Shown here piece by piece: positions 1 to 7,940 of a stretch of 32,000 nucleotides of DNA. Origin of the DNA: Candidatus Saccharimonadota bacterium (lineage in GTDB: Bacteria; Pseudomonadota; Alphaproteobacteria; CAJXXZ01; 1604HC); the NCBI RefSeq assembly GCF_008189285.1, contig NZ_CP043315.1, positions 330,001 through 362,000 on the forward strand. Reading direction: 5' to 3'. Under the pieces are notes generated by a model that did not search any database, was not told where the DNA came from, and worked only from the letters and a program-made list of their open reading frames with translations. Position 1 is the stretch's first letter, and the number at the start of each line of letters is the position of its first letter. A program made the translations under genes and the position numbers.

Positions 1-168
1 TTCCCAATTCATAGCAAAATCATTTTCAACATCAACAGATCCTTTTGTTTTTGCCAACGCCCTAACGTGACCATAACTAGCTACAACTTTGTACTCTATA
101 GATTCATTTTTTAGATAAGAATTCAAAGCTTTTGCTTTTGTAGGAGACTCAACTACAATCAATTTCAT
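1..168 (-). CDS. topA: DNA topoisomerase I, N-terminal fragment (gene continues past the window start)
   Basis: Not in the ORF track because it is too short. The reverse-strand translation from the ATG at 168..166 reads MKLIVVESPTKAKALNSYLKNESIEYKVVASYGHVRALAKTKGSVDVENDFAMNWE and stays open to base 1. The VESPxKA...GH(V/I)R pattern is the Toprim N-terminus of bacterial TopA. Confidence 0.8.
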   Translation of the reverse strand, partial: MKLIVVESPTKAKALNSYLKNESIEYKVVASYGHVRALAKTKGSVDVENDFAMNWE

Positions 169-299
169 AGAAAAACAATTACATCATATAAAAATATTAA
201 TCAATAACTTATGACAAATATCTTCATTTTCTTTAAAATTTACACATTAAATTTATAAACTTAACATTATTTTCAATCATTTTCATTATGATTTATAAT

Positions 300-869
300 T
301 CAAGATATTTTCTGATCTATTTTTTTCCATTGAGGGCATCCAATAACATGATCATTAACCATTCCAGCTGATTGCATGTATGCATAAATGATTTTAGATC
401 CAACAAAAGACATGCCTCTTTTTTTAAGATCTTTGGATATTTTATCGCTTTCCTCATTAGACACAGGAACATTTTCAAAATCTTTCCATGCATTTTTAAT
501 TGTTTTAAAGTTGAAAAATTTCCATATATACTTATCAAAACTTCCAAATTCTTTTTGTATTTCTATGAATATTTTGGCATTTTTCCTAGCAGAATATACT
601 TTTAATCTATTTCTAACTATTCCTTTGTCAAGCAATAATTCATCCAATTGATTATCAGTCATATTTGCAACTAGATTAATATCAAAATTATGAAATGCTT
701 TTCTATAGTTTTCTCTTTTATTTAAAATGATTTCCCAACTTAATCCTGCATGAGCTCCTTCCAAAATTAATAATTCGAATAAATCTCTATCATCATGCAA
801 GGGAACCCCCCATTCAAAATCATGATAATCCGAATAAATTTTGCTATTAGAGCCAAAACATCTTTCCAT
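300..869 (-). CDS. tag: DNA-3-methyladenine glycosylase I
   Basis: The 189-aa ORF is collinear with E. coli Tag. Shared segments include MERC...YHD.EWGVP, LFE...LEG.QAGLSW, KRENYR.AF..FD and KKRG..FVG..I.Y..MQ..G.VNDH..GC. Confidence 0.9.
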   Translation of the reverse strand: MERCFGSNSKIYSDYHDFEWGVPLHDDRDLFELLILEGAHAGLSWEIILNKRENYRKAFHNFDINLVANMTDNQLDELLLDKGIVRNRLKVYSARKNAKIFIEIQKEFGSFDKYIWKFFNFKTIKNAWKDFENVPVSNEESDKISKDLKKRGMSFVGSKIIYAYMQSAGMVNDHVIGCPQWKKIDQKIS

Positions 870-890
870 AATTAAATAATACTACAAAAA

Positions 891-947
891 AGCAATACTT
901 AAAATAAAAAGCAATACTTAAAATAAAAAGCAATACTTAAAATAAAA
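891..947. repeat. Perfect tandem repeat, 19 bp x 3 (agcaatacttaaaataaaa)
   Basis: Copies at 891-909, 910-928 and 929-947 are identical, followed by a decayed partial copy (aacaat...). The repeat lies in the spacer between tag and tRNA-fMet. Confidence 0.95.
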
Positions 948-1028
948 AACAATTTTTTTTGAATTGAATAAAAAAGTAAAAATTTCAAACTACTTAAAAT
1001 TAATTCTAAATAATTTAAAAAAGAAATG

Positions 1029-1103
1029 TTGCGGGAGCAGGATTTGAACCTACGACCTTCAGGTTATGAACCTGACGAGCTAACCAGGCTGCTCTATCCC
1101 GCA
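1029..1103 (-). tRNA. Initiator tRNA-fMet (anticodon CAT), CCA not encoded
   Basis: The reverse complement TGCGGGATAGAGCAGCCTGGTTAGCTCGTCAGGTTCATAACCTGAAGGTCGTAGGTTCAAATCCTGCTCCCGCAA folds as a cloverleaf. It is near-collinear with E. coli tRNA-fMet, with the initiator-type A11:U24 pair, GG/CC at 30-31/39-40 and a TTCAAAT T-loop. Confidence 0.9.
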
Positions 1104-1299
1104 AACAAATACTAGCAAAACCCAAGCTAATTTGCAAGCAGTTTTTGTAATTCAATTCATTTTATTAAAATGATTATTTTTTGAAACATAAATTTGCACA
1201 TTATTGCAAAGAAGTTAAATTAAAAACTCAATAAACAAATGAAAATTAATTAATTATAAAAATGAAAAAATAAAATTACATAAATTGTTAATTTTAAAG

Positions 1300-1373
1300 C
1301 ACGCCCGGGGGGATTTGAACCCACGACCTCAAGATTAGGAGTCCTGCGCTCTGTCCTGCTGAGCTACGGGCGC
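1300..1373 (-). tRNA. tRNA-Arg (anticodon CCT)
   Basis: The reverse complement is GCGCCCGTAGCTCAGCAGGACAGAGCGCAGGACTCCTAATCTTGAGGTCGTGGGTTCAAATCCCCCCGGGCGTG. It has T8 A9, a GCTC/GAGC D-stem, A20, the anticodon loop CTCCTAA and a TTCAAAT T-loop. It also carries a G1:U72 wobble and a U50:C64 mismatch. Confidence 0.85.
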
Positions 1374-1449
1374 TTTAATATCGAATAACATCATTAAGAA
1401 ATTAAATCAATCTTATTCAAATTTTGTTATATTTGTATATAATATACCT

Positions 1450-2166
1450 ATGGATCTTTTGAATCAATTTATTGTTGTTCCAATTTTCAACATACGCTTT
1501 TTGGGATTTGATATCTCATTCACAAACTCTGCTTTATTAATGCTCATGACTGCTCTGTCTTCTTCGATAATTTTATCTGCAAGAAATAAAGTAAATTTAG
1601 TGCCTAATTTCATCCAAAGCATAAATGAGATTATATATAATTTTATATCTAATCTAACAAGGCAATATTTGAAAGATGAATCTGATAAATACATTCCATT
1701 TTTTATGGCATTATTCATATTTATAGCTATGGGAAATTTGTTTGGACTTTTGCCAAAATCTTTTACATTCACAAGCCATTTAATTTCTACCTTTTCATTG
1801 GCAATGTTTGTTTTCGCGCTTTCTGTATTTGCAGGATTCAAGAAACATGGATTAAAACTTTTTTCATTGTTTGCTCCTAGAGGAGTTCCAAAATTAATGC
1901 TTCCTTTAGTATTTTTGATAGAATTTTCTTTGTTTTTTGTAAAACCATTTGTTATGGCATTGCGTTTGTGTGTAAATATGATTGCTGGACATATTATTTT
2001 AAAAGTAGTGCTGCATTATTCAACAACATTATTTTTAATCAAATTTATACCTATATTCGGATACTCAGCTATGCTTCTTTTTGAATGTGCAGTTGCTATT
2101 TTTCAAGCATATATATTCGTGCTTCTTTCTTGTATTTCATTGAAAGATGTTTTATACTTACACTAA
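1450..2166 (+). CDS. atpB: F0F1 ATP synthase subunit a
   Basis: The 238-aa polytopic membrane protein has the C-terminal subunit-a signature ...LRL..NM.AGH... (ALRLCVNMIAGHIILKV) and ...FECAVAIFQAYIF..L. It is the first gene of an a-c-b'-b operon. Confidence 0.9.
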   Translation: MDLLNQFIVVPIFNIRFLGFDISFTNSALLMLMTALSSSIILSARNKVNLVPNFIQSINEIIYNFISNLTRQYLKDESDKYIPFFMALFIFIAMGNLFGLLPKSFTFTSHLISTFSLAMFVFALSVFAGFKKHGLKLFSLFAPRGVPKLMLPLVFLIEFSLFFVKPFVMALRLCVNMIAGHIILKVVLHYSTTLFLIKFIPIFGYSAMLLFECAVAIFQAYIFVLLSCISLKDVLYLH

Positions 2167-2167
2167 T

Positions 2168-2383
2168 ATGATGGATAAAATGTTTGCAGCATCGGTAGCT
2201 TTACTTCCTTTGATAGGTGTTTCTATAGGACTATCTAAGCTTTTCTCTTCTTTGTTTTCTGCTATAAGCAACAATCCTGTTGCAAAAGATAGCATGAGCA
2301 CACTTGCTTTTGTAGGAGCTGGTTTACTAGAATCTATCGCTCTTCTTTCTTTTATTATAGCTATATTAATAGTATCTTCATAA
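2168..2383 (+). CDS. atpE: F0F1 ATP synthase subunit c
   Basis: The hairpin proteolipid reads ...LFSSLFSAISNNPVAKDSMSTLAFVGAGLLESIALLSFIIAIL, with the proton-binding Glu in GAGLLES. The track ORF starts at 2147 inside atpB. The ATG at 2168, just after the atpB stop, gives the usual length of about 71 aa. Confidence 0.85.
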   Translation: MMDKMFAASVALLPLIGVSIGLSKLFSSLFSAISNNPVAKDSMSTLAFVGAGLLESIALLSFIIAILIVSS

Positions 2384-2392
2384 GAGAGCAAT

Positions 2393-2827
2393 ATGATTCC
2401 TCAAGCAAATACTTACTGGTTTTACAGTCAAATTTTTTGGATTTCAATCAGTTTTGGTATTTTTATTTCATTAATGTATTCTTTTTTCATTCCTTGGATT
2501 AAACAATCTATTTTTGTTCGCACTTCTTATATAAGAAAATTAGAAGATTCAGTAGAAGAGTTAAATAATAAAATCTTAAAAGATAGCAAAAGAATTGAAG
2601 AATATGAATCAAGCATGAAAAATATTTTAGATGAAAATATAGCTAAGTTAAATCAAGAAATTGAAAATCAACACAGCAGAGAAAAAAATGAAATTGATGC
2701 GAAATACGAAGTGATTTTAAAAAAACATATGAATGATTTAGAAAAATGGCAAAATGATTTTATGGAAAAGCTAAAACCACATGTAAAGCATATTGTATCA
2801 GAAGTGAGAAATAAGATATGCTATTAA
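2393..2827 (+). CDS. atpX: F0F1 ATP synthase subunit b'
   Basis: It has one N-terminal TM helix (IPQ....FYSQIFW.....F, as in alpha-proteobacterial b') followed by a long charged coiled coil. Its position directly after atpE matches the alpha-proteobacterial order. Confidence 0.7.
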   Translation: MIPQANTYWFYSQIFWISISFGIFISLMYSFFIPWIKQSIFVRTSYIRKLEDSVEELNNKILKDSKRIEEYESSMKNILDENIAKLNQEIENQHSREKNEIDAKYEVILKKHMNDLEKWQNDFMEKLKPHVKHIVSEVRNKICY

Positions 2828-3294
2828 AATTATTATATGAATCTATTTCATTTTTAATAGCATGTTTAATTTTGAGAAAATTCGCCCTACCTACATTAAA
2901 AAACTTTGTAAAACAATACAGAGAAAATATAATAGATGAAATACAAACCTTAGAAGAAAATCTTCGATCAAAAGAAGAGATTTTAAAAAAAATATGCAAT
3001 GACCAAATTATCACAAAAGAAAAATATGATAATTTTATTGAAAACATAGGAGAGCAATTAAATATCCATAGAATTGGAGCTTCTAGCAAGTGCGCTAAGA
3101 TTATAGATAAGCATAACGAGCAAATGCATGAAAATCTCATAAAAGAAGAGAAAAGATATCAAGCTAGAGTATATAAATCTGCAATCAATGTTATTAAAGA
3201 AGAAATTATCAAGGAATTAAAAGTTTCAAATCAAATTTCTGTAAATTCAATCAATCAACTTCATAAAATTAATTTCCAAGATTATTTCAATTAA
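2818..3294 (+). CDS. atpF: F0F1 ATP synthase subunit b
   Basis: It has one N-terminal TM helix plus a charged helical tail. It overlaps the b' stop by 10 nt and is the last gene of the F0 operon. Confidence 0.7.
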   Translation: MLLKLLYESISFLIACLILRKFALPTLKNFVKQYRENIIDEIQTLEENLRSKEEILKKICNDQIITKEKYDNFIENIGEQLNIHRIGASSKCAKIIDKHNEQMHENLIKEEKRYQARVYKSAINVIKEEIIKELKVSNQISVNSINQLHKINFQDYFN

Positions 3295-3951
3295 TATAAT
3301 ACACAATGCCTTAATTTAAAAAAACTATTTAAATTAATACATAATATATTTATTTAAAGATTTTAATTTTTATATTCAAAATTAATGAAAATTCAAAAAC
3401 TTAGATTAATAATGCAAGTTATAAAATTAACAATATTTCATTTAGGTTTTCTTGCTATTTATTTCTTATTGTTTAATAGAATGAAGGGATGAAGAATTTT
3501 TACTTTCTATTTTATAAAATTCAATGCTTTTATTTGCTTTAATGCGCCTTTCCAATAAAATTCCTCATAAAGACTTTTTATTTGTTTTTATTAAATTGTT
3601 GCACAATATAAACTTTTATCTTGCATGTTAAAATTTTAATAAATTGCTAAATTTAACTAATCTAAATTTTAATTAAAACAAATCATCGCTAATTTACATT
3701 ATTTTTATATTGACGAATTTCTTTATAATAAGAGCATAAATTCTTGCTTGTTTTAGTGTCATAAATAATTGATTGATTATTAACAATAGACTTATTAGCT
3801 TGCACAGGGCTTTTTGGCAAATTTAAAGATATAATAGAGAAAAATAATAACATATGCTTATAATATAAGTTCATAATTAACATTATGCAAAGTGTTTTAA
3901 GGAAATTAATTATAATTTATGCAATTATTACTAAATATATGAATTAAAATT

Positions 3952-4890
3952 CTACTTATTTATACATATTTCATAAAACATGCTATATATCAAAGAAATA
4001 ATTAGCAAAATCATACCTATAAAAATAGACTTAAAACACAATGCATCTCCCAATCTAGAGCTTAAAAACATTGAAATTGGAAGAGATAAAAATCTTAAAG
4101 GTTGTAAAGATGCTACATCAGCTAATTTATAAGATTTTAGTATAAATAAGAATAAGCAATTTCCAAGCAATCCTTGCAATATATACAAAAATAATTGATT
4201 AAATGCTATGCATTGCCATAGTTTAAAAGCAAATGGAAAGCTAATAATAGAAACACCTACTGATGTAAAGAACAATAAGTTGATAATTTCTTCATCATCA
4301 TTTAGCAAATATTTATTAATTACATCAGATAATGCAAATAAGAATGCAGCAGATGCAATGCATAAAACTATTGGCAAGCTAATAAGATTAACATATTGCT
4401 TTGCAACTATTAAAATGCCAAAAATACCAATCAAAGTGGATGAAAACCTTCCTTTAAGGGATTCTTTCAATGAAATGCGAGCTATAATCAAAACAAATAA
4501 TGGTATAGAAAATTCCATGAAAGTGGAAAAAACCAAACTTCCTTTTGCAATTCCATATGTCCATAAAATCATAGGAATAAATAGCAAAACAGATCTAATG
4601 GAATGCTCTAATATTCTATATTTTTTGAACCAATTTTTTGAATTATCTAGAGAAATTTTTGCATTATTTGAATTGCTTTTTGATTTCTTATATCGTTTTA
4701 AGATAAAAAATGGCAATAAAATTATTGCACTAAAAAAGAATCTCAAAAAATTCATTTGAAATATGCTTACATCTATAAAATCACTTACAGAAATATATTT
4801 TACTATATAGTCGTTAAAAAACCCACACAATATGGACATTACAAACCAAGATGAAGCTTTTAAATAATTTAATGAGTTATTTTTTATCAT
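3952..4890 (-). CDS. EamA/DMT-superfamily transporter (10-TM drug/metabolite-type permease), substrate unknown
   Basis: The ORF shows two EamA-like halves, each ending in a ...L.E.L......G...I..G...V pattern (ARISLKESLKGRFSSTLIGIFGILIV). The track start at 4941 overlaps the upstream gene by 65 nt. The ATG at 4890 (MIKNNSLNYL...) is more likely the start. Confidence 0.7.
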   Translation of the reverse strand: MIKNNSLNYLKASSWFVMSILCGFFNDYIVKYISVSDFIDVSIFQMNFLRFFFSAIILLPFFILKRYKKSKSNSNNAKISLDNSKNWFKKYRILEHSIRSVLLFIPMILWTYGIAKGSLVFSTFMEFSIPLFVLIIARISLKESLKGRFSSTLIGIFGILIVAKQYVNLISLPIVLCIASAAFLFALSDVINKYLLNDDEEIINLLFFTSVGVSIISFPFAFKLWQCIAFNQLFLYILQGLLGNCLFLFILKSYKLADVASLQPLRFLSLPISMFLSSRLGDALCFKSIFIGMILLIISLIYSMFYEICINK

Positions 4891-5350
4891 TGTAATCCCT
4901 ATAGATAAATTTATTCCCATGTTTTTGCACAAAATAAGCATCGTTAGATATTTTAATAGCAGATAAGCATAATTTGCATTTATGATCAGTTTCGCCTAAT
5001 TGTTTGTCTAATGTTTTGTCTGTGATTTCATTTAAATCATGCAATCTTATCATAATCAAATCTTGTAAATAAGACTTATATGCTTCCTGACAATACTTTC
5101 TCATGATTTTTGTAACAGAATTACGAGCATATTTAACTAACCAATCCCCTTGTTCAAAAGCTATCTTTAATTTGTTTGTTTCATTCTCTTCTTCTTCAAT
5201 TGAAATTCTTATATTTTTCACTTTTGAACAATTAATTTTTTCTTTTTTCTTAGCATCTTTTTTGATGCATTGATCAGGATTTTTTACTGTTTCTGCTTTT
5301 ATAAAATTAAATAAAAAGCAAATGCTAATAATATTAAAAACTAACTTCAT
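4877..5350 (-). CDS. Hypothetical secreted protein (signal peptide, K/E-rich, 6 Cys), founding member of a local two-member family
   Basis: The N-terminus MKLVFNIISICFLFNFIKA-ET looks like a Sec signal peptide. I recognise no known domain. Residues 1-20 and 79-110 are paralogous to the 5' part of ORF 9841..10236. Confidence 0.55.
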   Translation of the reverse strand: MKLVFNIISICFLFNFIKAETVKNPDQCIKKDAKKKEKINCSKVKNIRISIEEEENETNKLKIAFEQGDWLVKYARNSVTKIMRKYCQEAYKSYLQDLIMIRLHDLNEITDKTLDKQLGETDHKCKLCLSAIKISNDAYFVQKHGNKFIYRDYNDKK

Positions 5351-5540
5351 TAGCGAAATATACCATATTTATTTGTTATGAGCAAAGCTTCATTAATTTA
5401 ACGTATTTCATTTAACTTTATAGGCAATGTTTTCTTATAATTCTATTTGGTAATTTTCTTTTTTTAATTTTGTCTTTAATTGTGATTAAAAATTACTCTT
5501 ATAGATTTATAAAATGGTGTTTAAAAGATCACCTATATTC

Positions 5541-5590
5541 AATTTTTTGCATCTTTAATTGTATTAATGCTATTAGCAAATTGCCAAAAT
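5541..5590. repeat. 50-bp direct-repeat copy of an internal tlc segment (partner at 6499..6548)
   Basis: The sequence aattttttgcatctttaattgtattaatgctAttagcaaattgccaaaat matches 6499-6548 at 49/50 positions (G at the capitalised position). It lies 3 nt downstream of the tlc stop codon. Confidence 0.95.
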
Positions 5591-5593
5591 TTT

Positions 5594-7003
5594 TTATTGC
5601 TTAGAAAGTGATATTTTTTCATATTCATAAGATAGATTTCTTGCAGAAAAAATCCATAATATCATGCAAGCTATCACAATATAAATTGTGTAATAAGATA
5701 TCGAAATTTGATTTGCATTAGGGATAATTGTAAGCAAAATAGCCTGAATATATCCGCTTAATGCCTTGGAAAACTTTCCTCCAAATACATCTATCATAGC
5801 TTTTCCTTTTAACTTTTCATCTCTTTTTAAAGGTATATATGCCATTTCTTTAACAGGGTCAAATAGCGCATATTTCAGAAATCTGTTGCATATATAATAT
5901 GCAGATCCAGCAATTGTAATTGGCATTAAATCAACATAAGTCAAAGAATGCATATTATCTCTAAATACTTTAAATAGAGTTGTGTAAAATATTGTAGTCA
6001 AAACAGATAAAGAAACTGGTATTGAAATTGCAATTGTCATCCAAGATGCCCTCTTCATTAATTGAGCTGGCAAATAAAATAATAATATAGATAAGATCCC
6101 TGATATCATATAAATTACACCCATATAACTTGCATATTCATCTGCTCCACCTACAGATGTTTTCAATATTGACTTCCATGTTATTTCAACTAAATTACTT
6201 GTCATATGATAGCAAAATACTAACATCATCATATATCTCAAGTATTTTGAATGGAAAAACATTTTTAATATATCTGAAAATTTAAATTTTGTTTTTTGCT
6301 CCATTTGTAAATCATATGAATTTTGCAAAACATAATTAAATACAAATTTATACAATACAATGATACAAATTGTACTAGTAGAAATAATTCCACTCATTAA
6401 TGAAATTTTGTAATTTATATTAGAGGAAAATAAATATGATATTATCCCTCCTCCAGAAACCATCCCAATGCTTCCGAATATCCCAAAATAAACGTAATAA
6501 TTTTTTGCATCTTTAATTGTATTAATGCTGTTAGCAAATTGCCAAAATATTAAATTCAAAGCAACTGCAGACCATAATTCTGAAACTATATAAAATAATG
6601 CGTTAAACCAAGATCCATATAAAACAAAAATCCATTTAAATCGTTGAAATTCACATATAAGCCTGTTTACTGACTTAGGATTTGGCAGCATATGTGATCT
6701 AATTGGGTGCAAAACAGCATATAATGCAAAAAATATAAAGAAAAATGCCATAATTATGTAAATTATTCTACTTTGCTTTACTGATGCGCTTGCTTTTGTA
6801 TAAAAATAAACAAAAATCATCGAAATAGGCATTACCAAAAATGACTTTATAAAATGCACAACTTCGATACTAGAATTATCTGAAAACAGCAATGTGTCTT
6901 TAATAACTCTCAAAATAGCATTGTTGAATAAAGTTAGTGTCATTATAGATAACAAACACATGAATTTCATATATTTTTTGCAAAATCTAGGCTTTTGAAT
7001 CAT
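5594..7003 (-). CDS. tlc: ATP/ADP translocase (NTT/Tlc nucleotide antiporter family)
   Basis: The roughly 12-TM protein carries NTT hallmarks: ...LRVIKDTLL..., FKW.F.LYG.W..A.FY..SELW......L.FWQFAN.I....DAK..Y..FG. The track start at 7012 is TTG. The ATG at 7003 (MIQKPRF...) is more likely. Confidence 0.9.
   Translation of the reverse strand: MIQKPRFCKKYMKFMCLLSIMTLTLFNNAILRVIKDTLLFSDNSSIEVVHFIKSFLVMPISMIFVYFYTKASASVKQSRIIYIIMAFFFIFFALYAVLHPIRSHMLPNPKSVNRLICEFQRFKWIFVLYGSWFNALFYIVSELWSAVALNLIFWQFANSINTIKDAKNYYVYFGIFGSIGMVSGGGIISYLFSSNINYKISLMSGIISTSTICIIVLYKFVFNYVLQNSYDLQMEQKTKFKFSDILKMFFHSKYLRYMMMLVFCYHMTSNLVEITWKSILKTSVGGADEYASYMGVIYMISGILSILLFYLPAQLMKRASWMTIAISIPVSLSVLTTIFYTTLFKVFRDNMHSLTYVDLMPITIAGSAYYICNRFLKYALFDPVKEMAYIPLKRDEKLKGKAMIDVFGGKFSKALSGYIQAILLTIIPNANQISISYYTIYIVIACMILWIFSARNLSYEYEKISLSKQ
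6499..6548. repeat. Internal tlc copy of the 50-bp direct repeat (encodes FWQFANSINTIKDAKN)
   Basis: See feature 5541..5590. The two copies are 958 bp apart in the same orientation. Confidence 0.95.
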
Positions 7004-7145
7004 GACAAACAAACCGCTGTTTTTTTACTAATCATATCCCATTCTACTATTAATAAAAAATATGTCCATAGTATTTAGGTATATAAATTTCAAAAAACCT
7101 TTATTTAATTAATATAATTTAGCAGTTCTAAGTAAAATTTAATTC

Positions 7146-7940
7146 TTAGCTATACCAATCTAATAAAAATTTTACAGGCTTTTCCTTGAATCTATTCATG
7201 ATTTTGCTTGCGTCATCTAAAATATCATTCAAATTACTTATGCTTGAATTTAACTTTGGAACAGATGTTAAGAAAAAATCTTGCATGTTGGATTTGCTAT
7301 CTTTTGTTGAGTAATGCAAATTATTTGCAATATTATTTAAATTATTCAAAATGTTGCTCATTTTATCTATTGATTTAGAAGATTTATCTGCAATTTTGTC
7401 AATTTTTTTCATAATATTATTTAAATTGCATAAAATATTATTTATCATTTTCAAATCTATATCATTTAATTTTTCAATTAAATTGTGAGTCTGATCAGCA
7501 ATCATTGGAGCCCTGTCCATAATTTTAGACAAGTCTGATTTTTTGGAAGATATTTGTTGAAATCCATGAAATTTTCCTAATTTACCTACATTGTCTTTTG
7601 CTAAATTAATATACTTATGTCCTGATAATCCTTGAGATTGTATTTGAGCCACTTTATTATCTGTTTTCATTGAATTGCTTATCATAATAACAATATTTAC
7701 TTTATCATTATCTGGATTAATTGCTATATCTCTGATGTATCCAACGCTCACACCATTAAATAAAACAGAAGACCCCAGCTCTAAGCCGCTCACATTTTCA
7801 TCAAAAGCAATTATATAAGCATGTTTATTTCTAAAATTATCATGAAAATAGCAAGACAATCCTACTAATATTGGGATAACTGCAAATAATATGAATAAAA
7901 TTGCCTTCTTGTTGAAAAATCTCTTGTTAAAATTTGACAT
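7146..7940 (-). CDS. mlaD: MlaD-like MCE-domain lipid-transport protein
   Basis: It has an N-terminal TM anchor, an MCE core (...GLELGSSVLFNGVSVGYIRDIAINPDNDKVNIVIMI...) and an Asn-rich helical tail. It follows mlaE and mlaF. The ATG at 7940 is preferred over the GTG at 7946. Confidence 0.8.
   Translation of the reverse strand: MSNFNKRFFNKKAILFILFAVIPILVGLSCYFHDNFRNKHAYIIAFDENVSGLELGSSVLFNGVSVGYIRDIAINPDNDKVNIVIMISNSMKTDNKVAQIQSQGLSGHKYINLAKDNVGKLGKFHGFQQISSKKSDLSKIMDRAPMIADQTHNLIEKLNDIDLKMINNILCNLNNIMKKIDKIADKSSKSIDKMSNILNNLNNIANNLHYSTKDSKSNMQDFFLTSVPKLNSSISNLNDILDDASKIMNRFKEKPVKFLLDWYS

Noticed and set aside
1431-1452. A TATAAT hexamer at 1438-1443, only 6 nt before the atpB ATG, which might suggest a leaderless transcript.
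   Set aside because: TATAAT-like hexamers are abundant by chance at this A+T content. There is no supporting -35 element and no experimental start.
3538-3553. The 12-mer ttaatgcgcctt is shared by the two long spacers (here and at 29486-29500), which might indicate a dispersed repeat element.
   Set aside because: There are only 12-15 matching bases with no extended flanking similarity. The chance expectation is not negligible for two 650-bp regions. A genome-wide count is needed before any claim.
3689-3883. A 64-aa ORF with a hydrophobic N-terminus in the long spacer after atpF.
   Set aside because: It has no Shine-Dalgarno, no recognisable family and an AT-rich composition that readily yields such ORFs. 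I cannot support it as a gene. It is kept only as a note under the spacer finding.
4208-4759. A 183-aa ORF antisense to the DMT transporter. The same applies to other long antisense or overlapping track ORFs: 317..651, 1464..1841, 2158..2391, 2760..3140, 11819..12399, 14846..15043, 16541..17597, 19951..22622, 23719..24693, 24929..25126, 27221..28192, 28796..29020, 29733..29957 and 30689..31114.
   Set aside because: Each lies inside, and opposite or out of frame to, a gene with clear family motifs. Their translations are low-complexity or hydrophobic mirror images with no recognisable motifs. Such shadow ORFs are expected.
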